DNA of 63,295 bases, filler included, from Asterionella formosa (GCA_002256025.1; 5 parts of 5 records of this genome joined end to end with filler, not necessarily neighbours in it), one strand, 5' to 3'. Positions 38,701 through 52,378 are shown, counted from the whole stretch's first letter. The notes: generated from the letters alone by a model not told the origin. Translations and numbers: made by a program.

Positions 38701-39711
38701 TTATTTTAAGCATACTTAAAATTAAAAAACATGATATAATTATCAACACATTATTAACCTATGATTTAAATTCTTTCATAATATAACTATCTTAATATGA
38801 TGGTAATTCTAATCGAATTCACCATTGAAAATAGGTTGAAATGGATTGTAATTTTACTGTTATATCTAGAAATGATTTTTATGTTTCTCTTTTCTGTGCT
38901 GTTGAACAGCCAATGTTCCACTTCTCTATTTTCTAAATGCTCTTGGTGCATGCCTCCCGCCTCCCTTTCACTCTGATTCTGAAACTTGTCTGACTACTTG
39001 CTGCAACTTGCTTCCCTTTCCTTTTGATCCGATTCTGAATTCCTGTTTTATCCATTTTTATTTCCTAGCTAATCATACAAACAATGAGAAGGCATTACTC
39101 GTTAGCCATGTCTTGTTTAAATCTTAACACTGTAGCACCATTTTATGATGCTTCACTTACAAGAAATCGATGACTCTTCGCATAATTCTGTAAAATAATG
39201 TGTCAGTTGAATATTGCGTAAGTGCACATCATTTATCGTTCTACCAATGTCTTTGATAACTTACAACAAATACTGTTTGATTACAACTATCCTAAAAGAT
39301 TAAAAACACCATCAAACAGAACAAGTAAACAAGAAAATGAGCACATTGCAATAACTCTGGACATCCGTTGCTTATTAATGGCATTGTTACTCACCATCAT
39401 ATGTCACCAGACCCTTTCAGCAGTCTTGCCTGTTCTTGCCTAGTCTTTGGCCTTCCAGACATGGTTTGATTGTTGGAATTGAATGTGCAGTGAGCAAGAA
39501 GAGTAAGTGACGCAAATTAATGAACATGATAAACATTCATCCATCAGCGCACGCCAAAAAAACTGAGTTGTCAAGGACGTACATAAAAATTGTTGTACTG
39601 CTTTTGCGTACCTTTTTACGACGGATTCGGGTAGCGCGCGCCAGCAGCATTCGAAATCATTTATAAAAATGAAAAAAATATTAGAAATTGAATGGAGTAA
39701 AAATAATACAA

Positions 39712-39815
39712 GAGGGAATGGCTTAGTGGTTAAGCACGTTGCCTTTGATCTGAGGTTGTGAGGTTCGATTCCCGCCTTCTTATTGAGAAGCAATTGTTGG
39801 GTTCGACTCCCACAT
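39712..39815 (+). repeat. tRNA-derived (pseudo-tRNA or SINE-head-like) sequence with a duplicated B-box
   Basis: A-box TGGCTTAGTGG, B-box GGTTCGATTCC and a second GGTTCGACTCC. A TTG triplet lies in the loop position but the anticodon stem does not pair. Confidence 0.65.
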
Positions 39816-40920
39816 TCCTTACCGTCCCGCATGGTCTTGCCTGCTGGTTTGCAAGAAATATTGGGCTGCCCCCCTACAACTAGCTTGTGCCGCCTTCCTA
39901 GGCGGTCGGAGTTTCCCCTAATCGTTGGCCATCATGACCGGTTTGAAGCAAAATCAGTTCAGCGATGATGCCAGTAGCGATTCATTGTCTAACTGATGCG
40001 ATTGGTTATTGGATTGCTTGTCTTCTCAAGGGATTCATGTAGCTGCATTGTCCATATGTCGTCGGACAAACGATGATATCGATACATCTGATGTTGGTGG
40101 CAAGTTTTTGCTCCGGTCATGCATCTGATGATGCTGTATACTCAACCGGTAGTGACCTAGTCTACATACGTACGTGGTACTAAAAACAACCATGCATGGT
40201 TTAAGCTAAACTTTAATGCATACTTTTTTTCTTTGAACACGTTATAATATTATCTCTGTAGACTCGGTATTATTTTTACGAGACCAGAATGTTAAATTAT
40301 ATCGTTCACATATTGATTAGTTTTACGTACCATTTGCCCGCTTTCGTCCTCACAATTATAATTCTCACTCTATCCTACCTGCTGTTGCTCAATTCGGGCT
40401 TGCAACAGGAACTTTCAACTTTCTTATGAGCTTATCGTCTGCTGCGTGTTATGCTTGTGAGAGCGGACTGGTGAGTACAACAGTCAAACACTGAATGTGA
40501 TCATAGATACGATTTTCGAATTTCCGATTTGATTGCTTCCATGGTCTGTTTTGATCGCTTCGATCGTTCTTTCTCGTTCCATGCTGTCGTTTTGATTCGA
40601 TTGTTACTATCTACACAAGGGCGTATGTATGTAACAATGAATACTCTTTGAAGATGTGGTATTGTGCTGCCAAGCAATGCTTTTCTTGTACTAACGCGCT
40701 TTGCTACCTTTCTACTACGAGTTCGTATCACAAGCTACATAAATACTCAGCTAGAGGGAGTTGATAGTGCTGGAGCAGCCTGGCTATCACGCTTGCTCAG
40801 AATGGAATGATTAGGGTTGCTTGTTTGGTGGGAGGAATGCCTATGGCGGAAAGACTGCTACTGGTGTCAGGCTACTATAGCGATGTGAATGGTTGCAGCA
40901 ACCAGATCATCTACGCTACA

Positions 40921-41285
40921 TTAAGGTTGCTGCATTTCAACCCTAGTTTAGAGGTAGGGTTAAAAATAATATTGAGTCAGAGTACTCAACACACACTTCT
41001 TTCGACTAAAACATAAATGTATATCGCTAAACGGAGCTTTCACCAATGTACACCCTTTCCACATGCTTACATACAGTCATTGACAAAAGTAGGGGTATAG
41101 GTCAACGCTAAAAATCGTCAGGATATAGGATCTGGCGAGAAACTGCAGAAAGGAACTCGGTTTTTTTACTATGCTAATTTCGGGGGAAATCACTTTATTT
41201 GGCATAGTAAAAATCCGAAGTTCCTTTCTGCAGTTTCTCACCAAAAGTTATATACTGATGCTATTTGAAGTTTACCTATGTATCT
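40921..41285 (-). mobile_element. Second, partial, inverted copy of the Kolobok-like element (right end)
   Basis: TTAA GGTTGCTGCATTTCAACCCTAG terminus; reverse-complement match to ~31190-31569, including the hairpin. Confidence 0.85.
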
Positions 41286-41879
41286 AAATCGCCTTCAGAC
41301 CCAGCCAATGTTGAGCTATAATCATCCAAAAATTAGACAAAATCGGCCTTTTATACCGTCTCCAAAATATCGGAATCAGAACCACTTAACCAGACATCTT
41401 CATAGGGTTGAACCATGGATTTGTAGAAAACATGCATGCAAGAAATATGAACAGCAGGGTTAGCCGTGTCAGTATTGTAATTCACTCTGCGTAAAATTTC
41501 CACACAAGAGGAACAGTAATCTGTTATCAGTGTAAGTATTGTTAGTGGGCGCGCTTCGAAATACAAAAATAATTTGTGCCAAAATTATTACATCAGAAAT
41601 ATTCTTTGCTGATATAATATATAATATCGTCATTGCGCTCTGATACTCGAATTATTTTAGATTACTTATCTGACTGTAAATAAAATTTTAACTATAATTT
41701 TATCATTTAAATTTTCATAGCGACACATCCTCTGGTGTGTTATGCCTCCTCTTGTGCACTGTATACATGTTTTCCATAATTTCACCAGTGTCAGTCACTG
41801 ACAATGTCGGCTGACCACTGATCTCCTGATGATGGTGACGATGATATGATCCTCACATTACTATTGCTAGCAGCATCCT

Positions 41880-44800
41880 CATCTACAGTGCACAGTATGT
41901 TCATATGCAATCTGTGAAGAGCTTGAAAAGAAATCCTTTGAAACTAAAGAATGGCTCATCACACAACAACACGAATGTTTCCGGTCTGTCACCGGAGCAT
42001 CGATGAGTGTTACAACGTCAATCATAGCTAAACAACATCAATTATAGAACAGCACAATCTACTTCTATGTTACATCGTATCTCTAACGAGAAAATAATAC
42101 ATTTAGAATTGAAATGCAGCATAGCAGGCGATATGCACAAAGAAGCAAGAGACTGTCTATGTATAGTAACAGAGTGATTCTGGCTTCGAAATTTTCATGT
42201 CTCATTAGATTTCCTTTGTCATATTAGTAGTTCATTTTCTTTGACAAACGGAGCGTTTTCTTTGATGAATCTGGAATGGTTCAATGGATGGCAGCAGTTG
42301 GATTTAGACACAACAAACCATGACAAAAAACCCTACCTTGTAGATGTTCATGAAAAGCCAGACACTTTGGCCTATCGCCCACCAGCCAGTCTATACTGCA
42401 AAAATGCAAGAAGCACAAGTTAAATTCCCATTTATGGATTCAAGTTTCAGTAGTGCAATGTAAAACATTAGAAGCCAGAAGTAACATTTCATCTAATTAC
42501 GGTTTTCATTTTAATAGGATTGATTGAGAGGAAGCAATGGTAGAATGACAAACAGGCGGGGGCAAACAACACAGAGGAGCCTAATTTTTCTCCCCAATGA
42601 TCCCAGACCCTCTTGGATGTCACTTGCTTGCTGCAGAAAATGTAGAACAGCCGCCCTTATCTGTTGATTGTTGCTGTATGGTACCACTGACCAAAACCTC
42701 CAGAAATCGCAATGAGCGAGTTGTTTCTTGACTTGAATGACCAAAGGATCAAAACCAGTGAGAAAGCAAAAGGGAACTAAAAATTCACTGCAAACATCAG
42801 GACAATTGTGAAAGAGAAATGAAGGTTCTTGGGAAGGAAAGTAAAGGGATTATTTTTGGTCTTGCGGTAGCAAGAATGGATTGACCCAAACAATGTTGAC
42901 AAATAGGTACCTACCGGAAAAGAAAGCAATGCTTTCGGCATCATCAATCTATACACAAGCCTGCGCCACCTCGACTTCATCAATGAAGAATTCGATGGGC
43001 GGAGCATGTGAGAAAAATCGGTTGAGGTTTTCTTGACGCCAACGTGCTTGACTGAACTTGCAGATGAATGCATTGAGTAACCTGGGCCTGTGCAGCCAAA
43101 GGATAAAGAAAAATCTATGACAAGGGCAGTCAGATAGTGTTTAGGAGCAAAAGTTATCATAGCTGACTGAACGCATTCGATAATTCCGTATCGACAATAT
43201 ATGGTGACATACCATGGCTGCTCTTGGCTGACATTTGCCAAGTCAATGTACAAACACAACAAGGGTGCACAAAAGATGGTCTCATTTTAATCTACTGGCA
43301 GATACATAGTTTTGAGTCTCACCATTCTGCAATGGGGTGGACTTTGATCATTGCTTCGTTCGAAGCACAATTCATTCGAATGCTGTCCAGTGAAGCACCA
43401 ATGAAAACAATTGTGGAGAAAAAGCGCAGAACAGATCAAGAAATTTCACAGGAATTAAAATAACAGGGCATAAATTTGATGCACTGCTCCTTGTGTATAT
43501 TTGATCATTTCCATATTCATATACAGTTGCATGGATGACTCCTCCCTTAATTGATATTAAAAATATGATCAAATGATCCTAAACACATGAGAATATTCAG
43601 TTTTCCACTGCACTATTGTGGTACTCCCATGATAGAAGAAGTAATACACAGTAAGTATACAGTACTACCGGTAGGTCATATGAATTTTGGTCAATATGTC
43701 TATATACATAAATGTATGATTTCGACCATTTGAAAAATTGGTGATGACTCCTGTTTATTAAGGGGCTTAATTAATTTAGCCAATGACTTGTAGGTACAGT
43801 AAAAAAATTGACACACAAAAAATTAAAAAAATTCAACAGGTCGTGGAAAACTATGGACTCATCATGCTTGATTCCGCACACTTCTTTGCATGGTATAATA
43901 CACTTCACGCAGCCTTCAATATCAAAATTGATATTAGTATACACAGGATGTGCTGTATAATGAGCACGTTTAAAACTATGCAAATGTTCAACTATATATA
44001 CATTTAATCTTACAAATCTTTATATAGATGCATTCATGGCTGAAATATTTGAAATCATGTTTTCATGTTCCTTGTCATGCATACACTCTGCTCCTGAAAT
44101 GAAGGATCATCACACATGATGACATGGAAAACGAAAGTGATAATACAACAAAATGATACTTGTGTCTTAGAAGGAGTGAGTACAGAGAGGAAGGGCAGAA
44201 TCAATTGATGATGGTAAGTCAAGAGCAAATGCCTTTTATGTTCCTTGTCATGCACACACTTCCTGAAATGAAGGATCTCAAGCAACACATGATGCGAAAA
44301 ACTGAAGTGACGATACAGCACGATAAGAATGAGTGAATATGATGGAGAAGAGCGGAATCAACAAGCTGTGCATAGCATCACGGTTTGTCAAGAGCAAATG
44401 CCAGGACGATCAATTGTTGGGATTACAAATACGGAATGACTTGTCCCCTTTCAGTGATTCAATAGCTCCTTTTCGATTTGGTGGCTGGCCAACCATCGAT
44501 GTGGACAAAAGAAATCGGTAAGTGCTATCAGCCATCTTTGGATCAATCCACAACTGTTAGAAAAACTGACACATGTGTGTTGCTTCTTTCAGGATAATGG
44601 TAGACAAACAGTTTTTGTAAGTTACAAACAACAGCAGCATTGAAGCCCATTTATTGATCGATACTTTCTTATTCAATCTTCAACTGACACATTATTTTAC
44701 AGAAATATGCATCATTTATTTCCTCAATTTTTGGTAAGTGAAGATAGAAGCGAAATGCATGTTGTTGTGTAAGCAAAACATGAACAGCTAACAATGAATT

Positions 44801-45377
44801 GCTTCTCTTTGTTAGTATGATTTGGACAACGAAACGGATTAAATTGTAATGGGAAAATGCGTGAATGCAAACTCAGATCCGTCAGGAGTAAAAGGAAAGC
44901 AGGGGAACAAGGGCAAGGCAACCAGTACAACAACCTTCAGAAATGGATTGGGGGGAAGGTGGAAGTGAAAGCAGTACCAACAATCATTGCGATGAGAACA
45001 TTGTAGAACATTCCATAGCCACTCAAGATATAGAAACATACAACCATTCTTAGCTAAATATAGTTCTAAATTTCGATCCATTTCATCCTATTTTAGACAG
45101 TGATATCAATAAGAATTACGATCATGTTATGATAGATGTATGACAAAAGTATACACATCACAGGCCCATGTTTAACTAATTATATGATGCAATGGTATCA
45201 TAACTATGATAGCATCATCATACTTCAAGTTTGGTAAAATATTAATAAATCATCATAGTTACAGGATACCTTGATCATAGTTTTGATCCAAAAAATTATC
45301 ATATATATGAAAATCCTGTGCCACTTAGCATACAATACCCTTGATCATATATGAATGATACTTTTTATTTGCAGACA
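41880..45377 (+). mobile_element. IS630/Tc1-like element copy lacking the left end
   Basis: VDVHEKPDTLAYRP and LTPTCLTELADECIE* motifs; right terminus TTTTTATTTGCAGACA; colinear with 56270-60144. Confidence 0.82.
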
Positions 45378-46133
45378 GCAGGACTACTATGATACGAAGT
45401 TTCAAATGCTTCAGCATTGTCTTGACTGCTGTCAAGTACCATGAATTCATCATCTACATTGTTGCCATCTTTTATCTCAAGGTCTTTAGAATCAACTTCA
45501 CCACTAGCATCTGCTCTTTCCTCTATTTTTCGGAATACTTGCTGAGCATATTGGACCTCAGCAGGACATGATGTTGGGTCACCAGTTGGTTTTATCACTT
45601 TATGTAGTTTCGCAAAATTTCGCCAAATTGAAGTTCCAGTTTGTCCTTGTCTGGAAAATTTTCATTGTGCTCGGATGCTACACATTCCCATTCATGTGAG
45701 GATCCAATTGGAAGATGTGTCAGAACAGTGTCCAACAATGACATGACTAGGTCTTGTTCAACCTAAACTGCTGCCCCAAATTCTGCAGGTTGCGGTGGGC
45801 CTTTGGAAATGTTGGTGGTTGATCTCGCCTTCTATTGATACCCACAGTTGTCCTTTTTGTAACTCTTTGTATGGTTGAAATTGCACTCTGACGCGACGAA
45901 TTACTGCCATTGTTTCTTGATGAAAGCTGAGAGACACCAATCAGAGAGCCACCAAAGGCATCAGCCCTGCTGTCATCATCACTGGCGTCTTCGTTGGCAT
46001 CATCTTCTTTCTCTTCCTCATCTTGGGATTGCAACTCTTGTTCCTGCTCAAGACGGCGACATTCTCGTAGTCTTGGGGAGGAAGGGAAACCCTCGCTGGC
46101 TGGTCTCCTTTCCCCGGAAGAGGATGATGACAT
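45378..46133 (-). pseudogene. Myb/SANT-like accessory ORF of Harbinger-type transposons, cut by the Tc1-like element
   Basis: LPIG..EWECVA.EH..NFP and FAKL....KPTGDPTSCP.EV..A motifs, with frameshifts. Confidence 0.6.
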
Positions 46134-47848
46134 CGTCGCAATGATCTAAAACATAGGATGACAAATGATGTACATAAGGCTGATTGATGTGTACATATAT
46201 ATGCATATTATTATCATCAGCCAGGTACCTATTTTGACGAGAGCAAGCCATTTCGGGTATGAGCGAGCACGCAAGTCATGAAATATTCCGGGAAATCATA
46301 TGTAGTAATACATGGAAAGACATATTTCTACATTTCGCACTGTTATTTCTACCTGTAAAAAAATTGTGAGGTACGAACCAGAGTTACCAAATTTGGTCAA
46401 CACAAAACACAAATTTTGGGGTTATGAGTACATTAATTTATGGTTTTTATTCATGACATAAATTTTTTAAAGTACATTAAAACTAGGCTAATAATTGCAC
46501 TCGTGCCTGGGGGACATAGAAAAAGAAAGATCCACCGTGTTATGATAACCGGTACCGGGTCCTGGGACGTCGTCCTTCAAGGATTGCCCATCGAGGTGCT
46601 AGGCGGAGTTGAGCTCCACCTCCAATATCTTGATCTAATCCTGGATTATTGGCCCGGATGGACGTTTCCACTGTCTTAATTTATGTTATAATCAAACATA
46701 TGATATAATATTTTTTAAATTCGAAGCGCGCCCAGAAGGATGATGTCTTGAGGGGCCTTATGTTTGACTCACTGTTGGTTTACAATTGCATGCATCATGG
46801 CTGGTTGCAATCATGATTGCATGTGCACGGCCACAACCGCTTGGTGTAAAATTATTTTATACAATTTTTTTATGAACACAATTGTTTCCTTGATGCATCA
46901 TACAATTGACATCAGCGATGTCATACTTGTTTTCTTGATGCATTCTATGATTGCCTTCAACTTCAAATGTATAAAGACAATCTCGTGTTAAAATTTTGAC
47001 ATCAGTCCCACTTGCTTTCTTGACACGTCACATGATTGTCTTCGGTAACACTATCTTGTTTTATGGTTGAAACTTTTGCTTGATAATGTTCTTGAGATAA
47101 TACTTGAATGATAATGATTATTGACTGTCGAAGTAAATCAAAACCAGGGAATGGATTAGTCAGTGTCTTTGATTAAATGATTCAATTCAAACACATGCTG
47201 CCACCATGCATTAGGCACAGAGAATATAACAATGACACTCAGTTGTTCTTTGACAAGGTCGTTTGATCTTCTGAATGAGACACTGTTGTCCCCACCTGCA
47301 CATAGCACTTTTCGTCTGCAGATAGTATGTAGGATTCAGATGCCGGGGCATTGAAATTACGTTATGGCCATTGTTTTAGACTGCACATGGAGCACTTGAC
47401 ATGTACAAATAGAATTCGGATGTCATGACTAACAACAAGTTTGACCTCAACTGAAAATTTTGTATACCAATCCACTATCTCTCCTCCCAGCTTTTGTCAG
47501 TTGCTGTCCCAGATTGTGTCCATCCCATATGATGCTGATGCTAGGTTGGCATGTGATGAATAGAGGCATAAGAATGACATGAAAGGTGGTCATCTTGCTA
47601 CTATTACTAAAGATGATTTTGATGACAAATGTTATTCATCCTTTAAATAAAATATGAAGCCATGACTGTGGCAAATGATATTGCCAAATGAATGAAATGG
47701 GAATTCATGGCCATGCTTCAAGCAAATACAAACCATGAGATAAGAATCATCACAAGGATTCCATCACCTTAGGCAATCCCCACCCTTTTGTCAGTATTAA
47801 AATCCAAGTTCCTAAGTGCTTTACAACCATTTTCTTGAACACCAGCAT

Positions 47849-49475
47849 TCAAAGAAAGATTTTTGTAGTGATACCTCCTACTGCAGTAAGTGCCACCCTG
47901 ATGTAGTCAATCATAGCCAAGTTCTTAAGTGCTCCACAACCATATTCTTGCACATAAGCATTGGACAAATGATTCATCAAAGTAGACAGAATTGTATCAA
48001 TGCCTCCTGCTGCAACAATTGACACTTTGTTGTCATCATTCACAGCCAAATTCCCAAGGACTCCACAACCAAAGTGTTGAACATTAGCATTGGATGAATG
48101 CTTCTTCATAGCAGACAGAATTGTACTGATACCTCCTGCTAAAACAATTGCTAACTTGTTTTTGTCATTTACAGCCAAGTTCCAAAGTGCTGCACAACCA
48201 TAGTGCTGCACAGTTGCATCAGATGAATGATTCTCCATAGCAGACAATATTGTAGTGATACCATTGGCTTCAGCAATTGTGACCTGATTGTTGTCATTCA
48301 CAGCCAAGTTCCAAAGTACTCCACAACCATGTGTTTGCACAGTAGCATTGGATGAATGATCATTCATAGCAGACAGAATCATAGTGATGCCTGCTGCTTC
48401 AGCAATTGTCACCTGGTTGTTCTCATTCACAGCCAAATTCCTAAGTGCTCGTCAACCATAATGTTGAACATTAGCATTGGATGAATGCTTCTTCATAGCA
48501 GACAGAATTGTTGCGATGCCTCCTGCTTTAGCAATCGTGACCTGGTTTTTTGCATTTACAGCCAAGTTTTGAAGGTTCTTGCACAGTAGCATTGGATGTA
48601 TGAATTGTTATAGCAGATGGAATCGTAGTAATATCTTCTGCTTCAGCTTTTGTCACCTGATCAAGTGAATGGCTACTGCCAGGCATAGAAGTTATCCAGG
48701 AAGAAAGATGTGCTGTATTTGTTGTTGAGATTGGCTGAATTTCGATGGCTGATGGTTTGCGGTTCATTGTTTGCATTGACAAGTCTTTGAACTTCAATAA
48801 ATAAAAAAATATCCGTTGAATTACAATCGAGAGAAAGTGTTGTCAAGACATTATTGACCTTTAGAGCATCTACAATCAACTTGGCACCATCAACACCAAT
48901 TGAATTATTGTCGAGATCAAGTGTAGTCATGACAGTATTGAAATTTAGGGCCTCTGCAATGGCCTTGGCACCATCATCACCAATAGAATTATTCCAGAGA
49001 TCAAGTGTAGTCACAACAGTATTGACCTTTAAGGCCTCTGCAATGGCCTTGGCACCATCAACACCAATGGAATTAAAATCGAGAGCAAGTGTAGTCAATC
49101 CAGCATTGACCTTGAGAGCCTCTGCAATTGCTATTGCCCCAATGTCATGAATTGAGTTGCCTCCAAGATAAAGCGAAGTCAATTCAGTATTGACCTTGAG
49201 GGCCTCTGTAATGGACTTGGCTCCATCAACACCAATTGAATTCCATCGGAGAATAAGTGTAGTCAAGACAGTATTGACCTTGAGGGCCTCTGCAATAGCC
49301 TTGGCGCCAGCAACACCAATTGAATTCTTCCATAGATCAAGTCTACGGTAGTCATAACAGTATTGACATAGAGGGCCTCTGCAATGGCCTTGGCGCCATC
49401 ATCACCAATTGAATTGGCTTTGAGATCAAGTGTGGTCATGACAGTATTGACCTTGAGGGCCTCTGCAATAGCCAT
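47849..49475 (-). pseudogene. RI/NLRC3-like LRR (28-aa) plus armadillo (42-aa) repeat gene, frameshifted
   Basis: AIAEALKVNTxxTTLDLxxNSIGxDGAK repeats, then GGITTILSAMxxHSSNAxVQxxGCxxLxNLAVND repeats. Several frameshifts. Confidence 0.85.
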
Positions 49476-49751
49476 TAGTACCTGGTACCGGACCCCCCTG
49501 GGTACCGGTACCTGATACCTTCGATTCGACGCAATTATTTTCAATGAGAGGGAGTGCCGGTACCTGGTAATGGAGTAGAAGGTACCTGGTACCACGTTGG
49601 CGAGATAGCACTCCTCGTGAGCCCTTGTATCTACTGTAACTATTTGCTTAGCTTAGATTATTCGATTCTTTTGCACTGAGTATACCGGGACTTTTCCCAA
49701 AACGGGATGAAACTGGAAAAACTATTCGTAAATTCAACTGCCCATTGGCAT

Positions 49752-49817
49752 TTGCACCACCGTTGCACCACAATTGCACCACCGTTGCACCACAATTGCA
49801 CCACCAATTGCACCACT
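49752..49817. repeat. TTGCACCAC(CG/AA) 11-bp tandem repeat
   Basis: Six consecutive TTGCACCAC units. Confidence 0.8.
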
Positions 49818-49990
49818 TTACTTAGAGTAACCTGAATTGCACCAGACTATATCAAATCCGTGCAACTATATAAATATACATAACTGTATAGGAATACATG
49901 TGATCCTAAAAATTACAGCCCGCCAACATTTGATGAATAATTTGTTCACTTAACTTGCCAATTTCGCATCCATATACTTGAATTGTCAGA

Positions 49991-50639
49991 ATGAGTAAGA
50001 AGAATACACGCGGTGAGACTAAAAAGCTTGCCAATCTACCTCGGGATGTCTTATATGCCAAGGATACAACAGCAGATATTGAAGATAAAGTAGCCCAAGG
50101 AATTCTGAATGCTTTGGACAAATTGAAAAAGACATCTGTTGACCGACGCTTGGCAAAATTGACTGGTACAAGTGCACTCCGGTATCGTACAGAGCTAAGC
50201 TATGAGGTTCACTTTCGTGGTCTTACAAAATTCTTCAAGTTGATTGGTGATTATGAGTCACTGTTGATGCTTAGGGACAAATGTCCTGCAAACTGTCCAT
50301 CGATGAAGGTAGAATCCCTTGTAATGTATGTATGGTGGAAATACAATGCACCAAGTATGACATTATTGGATCTTGGTGGAAAGGAAGTTTACGATGTCAT
50401 GGGGCATCTTATAAAATGTCGTGGGGATTGGAATGCCCCTGAAAAGCGTAAGGGATTTCGTACGGCAGTATGGTGCATTCATAAGGCTCACAATCAAACT
50501 GGTAACTACATACAGGCTTGTCAAGACTGTCGTGATATGCCCTTTGATGAGTGGTATAAGGGATGCAGTACCCACAAGGGTCATCCTGCTCTACTTAGAT
50601 CTGGTAATCCTGCATACGATTCGGTCTTTACAGATTGTT
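49991..50639 (+). CDS. Cys/His-rich hypothetical ORF, possibly the N-terminus of a Crypton-like recombinase; truncated by the gap
   Basis: Open 216-aa frame with CPSM, IKC.G.WNAP, IH..H, CxxC and CxxH. The family call is recollection only. Confidence 0.4.
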
Positions 50640-51283
50640 NNNNNNNNNNNNNNNNNNNNNNNNNNNNNNNNNNNNNNNNNNNNTTAATTAATTAANNNNN
50701 NNNNNNNNNNNNNNNNNNNNNNNNNNNNNNNNNNNNNNNAAGAAATTTACTTAGGTCCATTATAAGGGAAATCTCTTCATTGTCCTGGGCCCCCCTTAAG
50801 TAAAATCAGTCAAATTCAGTCACGGCAGTGTACATTGGGGGGTCCAGGACAATGAAGTATACGGTAGTATATTCTCCAGCTACCGGTAGTCGTTCCGGCT
50901 GCCGTCGCTGTGATGATAAAGATGCATGCTGATCCTCTGTTCGAGGGATTTCAATTATACGACTATATCCCATTTTCAACTATTTACCCGGTAATCAAAC
51001 GCCGCCGTTTCATATTACCAAACACCCGTAACAATACGATACGTGACTCACCAAGCGAAGGTGAGGATTGTTGCAATATCGAATCTGACAGGTAGCTGAA
51101 GAGCAAGGGAACTGTGGCATGGCACTGTTATGTCCTAACATAACACCCTTCCCGACTGTGTGGTTTATCCATGATGTGAGACCTTCGCTCAACTCATCAT
51201 CCATTCTGCGCATTTATGATAGTAACTCACAATACTGTTGTTTATGTACCACGCACCTTCCCTCCTTTCCAGAAAGTCTCATC

Positions 51284-51493
51284 ATGCCGGTTCCAAGAAA
51301 ACGTCCCCTCTCGACATTTGCCAAGTTAACGTACTGGCCAAGAAAAGCCATGGTAGTGTTTGATATTAGCTTTGTCTACCAAACGCTACGACCTTGGGTC
51401 AAATATGGGTTCATGCCAGCTGTATTGTATCTTGGCATGACGACAGAACCACGACCATCGTCCTGGTGGGATATCATTAATATTTTGGAATGA
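51284..51493 (+). CDS. TOM7: Mitochondrial import receptor subunit Tom7-like (69 aa)
   Basis: KYGFMPAVLYLGM...PRPS..DII matches the Tom7 YGFIP..IY/LG...P.P signature and size. Confidence 0.75.
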   Translation: MPVPRKRPLSTFAKLTYWPRKAMVVFDISFVYQTLRPWVKYGFMPAVLYLGMTTEPRPSSWWDIINILE

Positions 51494-51770
51494 TGATGAG
51501 ATAGATGAGCGCTACATTTTAAAAATAACTTGAGTGATTTTCAAAACACAGTACTGATGTATGTCCTCTACCTCTTTACTAGCATGATTAATCACAAACT
51601 TATAATTATTATTGGCTGAAAGTATGTGGTAGTGTTCTTCACAAATATACGGGTTTTAGCTCTCCATTTCACCTAATCACAAACACTGCTTCTACTCGCC
51701 CCCTCCCTACTAAAAGTGGCACGTCCAAAGCTCCAGTTTGCTGCAACGCAGCCAGTCCCTTCCAAGAGAC

Positions 51771-52378
51771 TCAATTTCTGTCCGTCATGAGCTCCGAAGT
51801 TGGAATGTTCATGTGCTGGAGGATAAGGTCAAGTTTTGCATCGACCACATCAAGTCGTTTCAGAGCATCTTCTTGGCGTCGGATCTGAGCAGTATCACCA
51901 CGTCCACGAATTCTGGCCTTGAGATCCGTGACAATTTCGTCGACTTTATCATTGTCACAGCCGCAGCCAGGGTTGATTTCTCCAACCCCTCCGCCAACAC
52001 TCACAAAGCAACAACAATTACCCTTGTCAACAGATCCAATCTCCCCGTAAGATTGCTTCGACACACTTTTTCCGCAAAGGGTCCTGATGACGAGTAAACA
52101 AGAAATAAAGTAATGTCAGAAATCAACCAAGCAGCAAGTAGCGAATTGCATCCCCCCTATTATAGGACTAAGAATACCGGTATATACAAGCCACTTCCAT
52201 GCAGCAAAACTTACACATCAGTCCGGGTGACTTCCTCGCTGTCGAGCGTGAGAATTGTCTTGTACGGTATAACACCGACAGTCAACGGACATAGACAGAT
52301 CCAACAACACATGTTGATGGAGGCATCATATTCCTTGTGCTCGAAAGCAGTCGCAGGGGTGTTGTATTTTGCTGACAT
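51771..52378 (-). CDS. Cys-rich hypothetical protein, 2 exons: 52378-52215 and 52083-51771 (158 aa)
   Basis: A GTAAGT...CAG intron joins the frames. Contains CCWICLC, YGEIGSVD..NCCC, PGCGC and a C-terminal coiled-coil-like segment. Confidence 0.8.

Noticed and set aside
39712..39785. Functional tRNA-Gln(TTG)
   Set aside because: The anticodon stem does not pair, and the T and acceptor stems are mismatched; treated as a tRNA-derived repeat.
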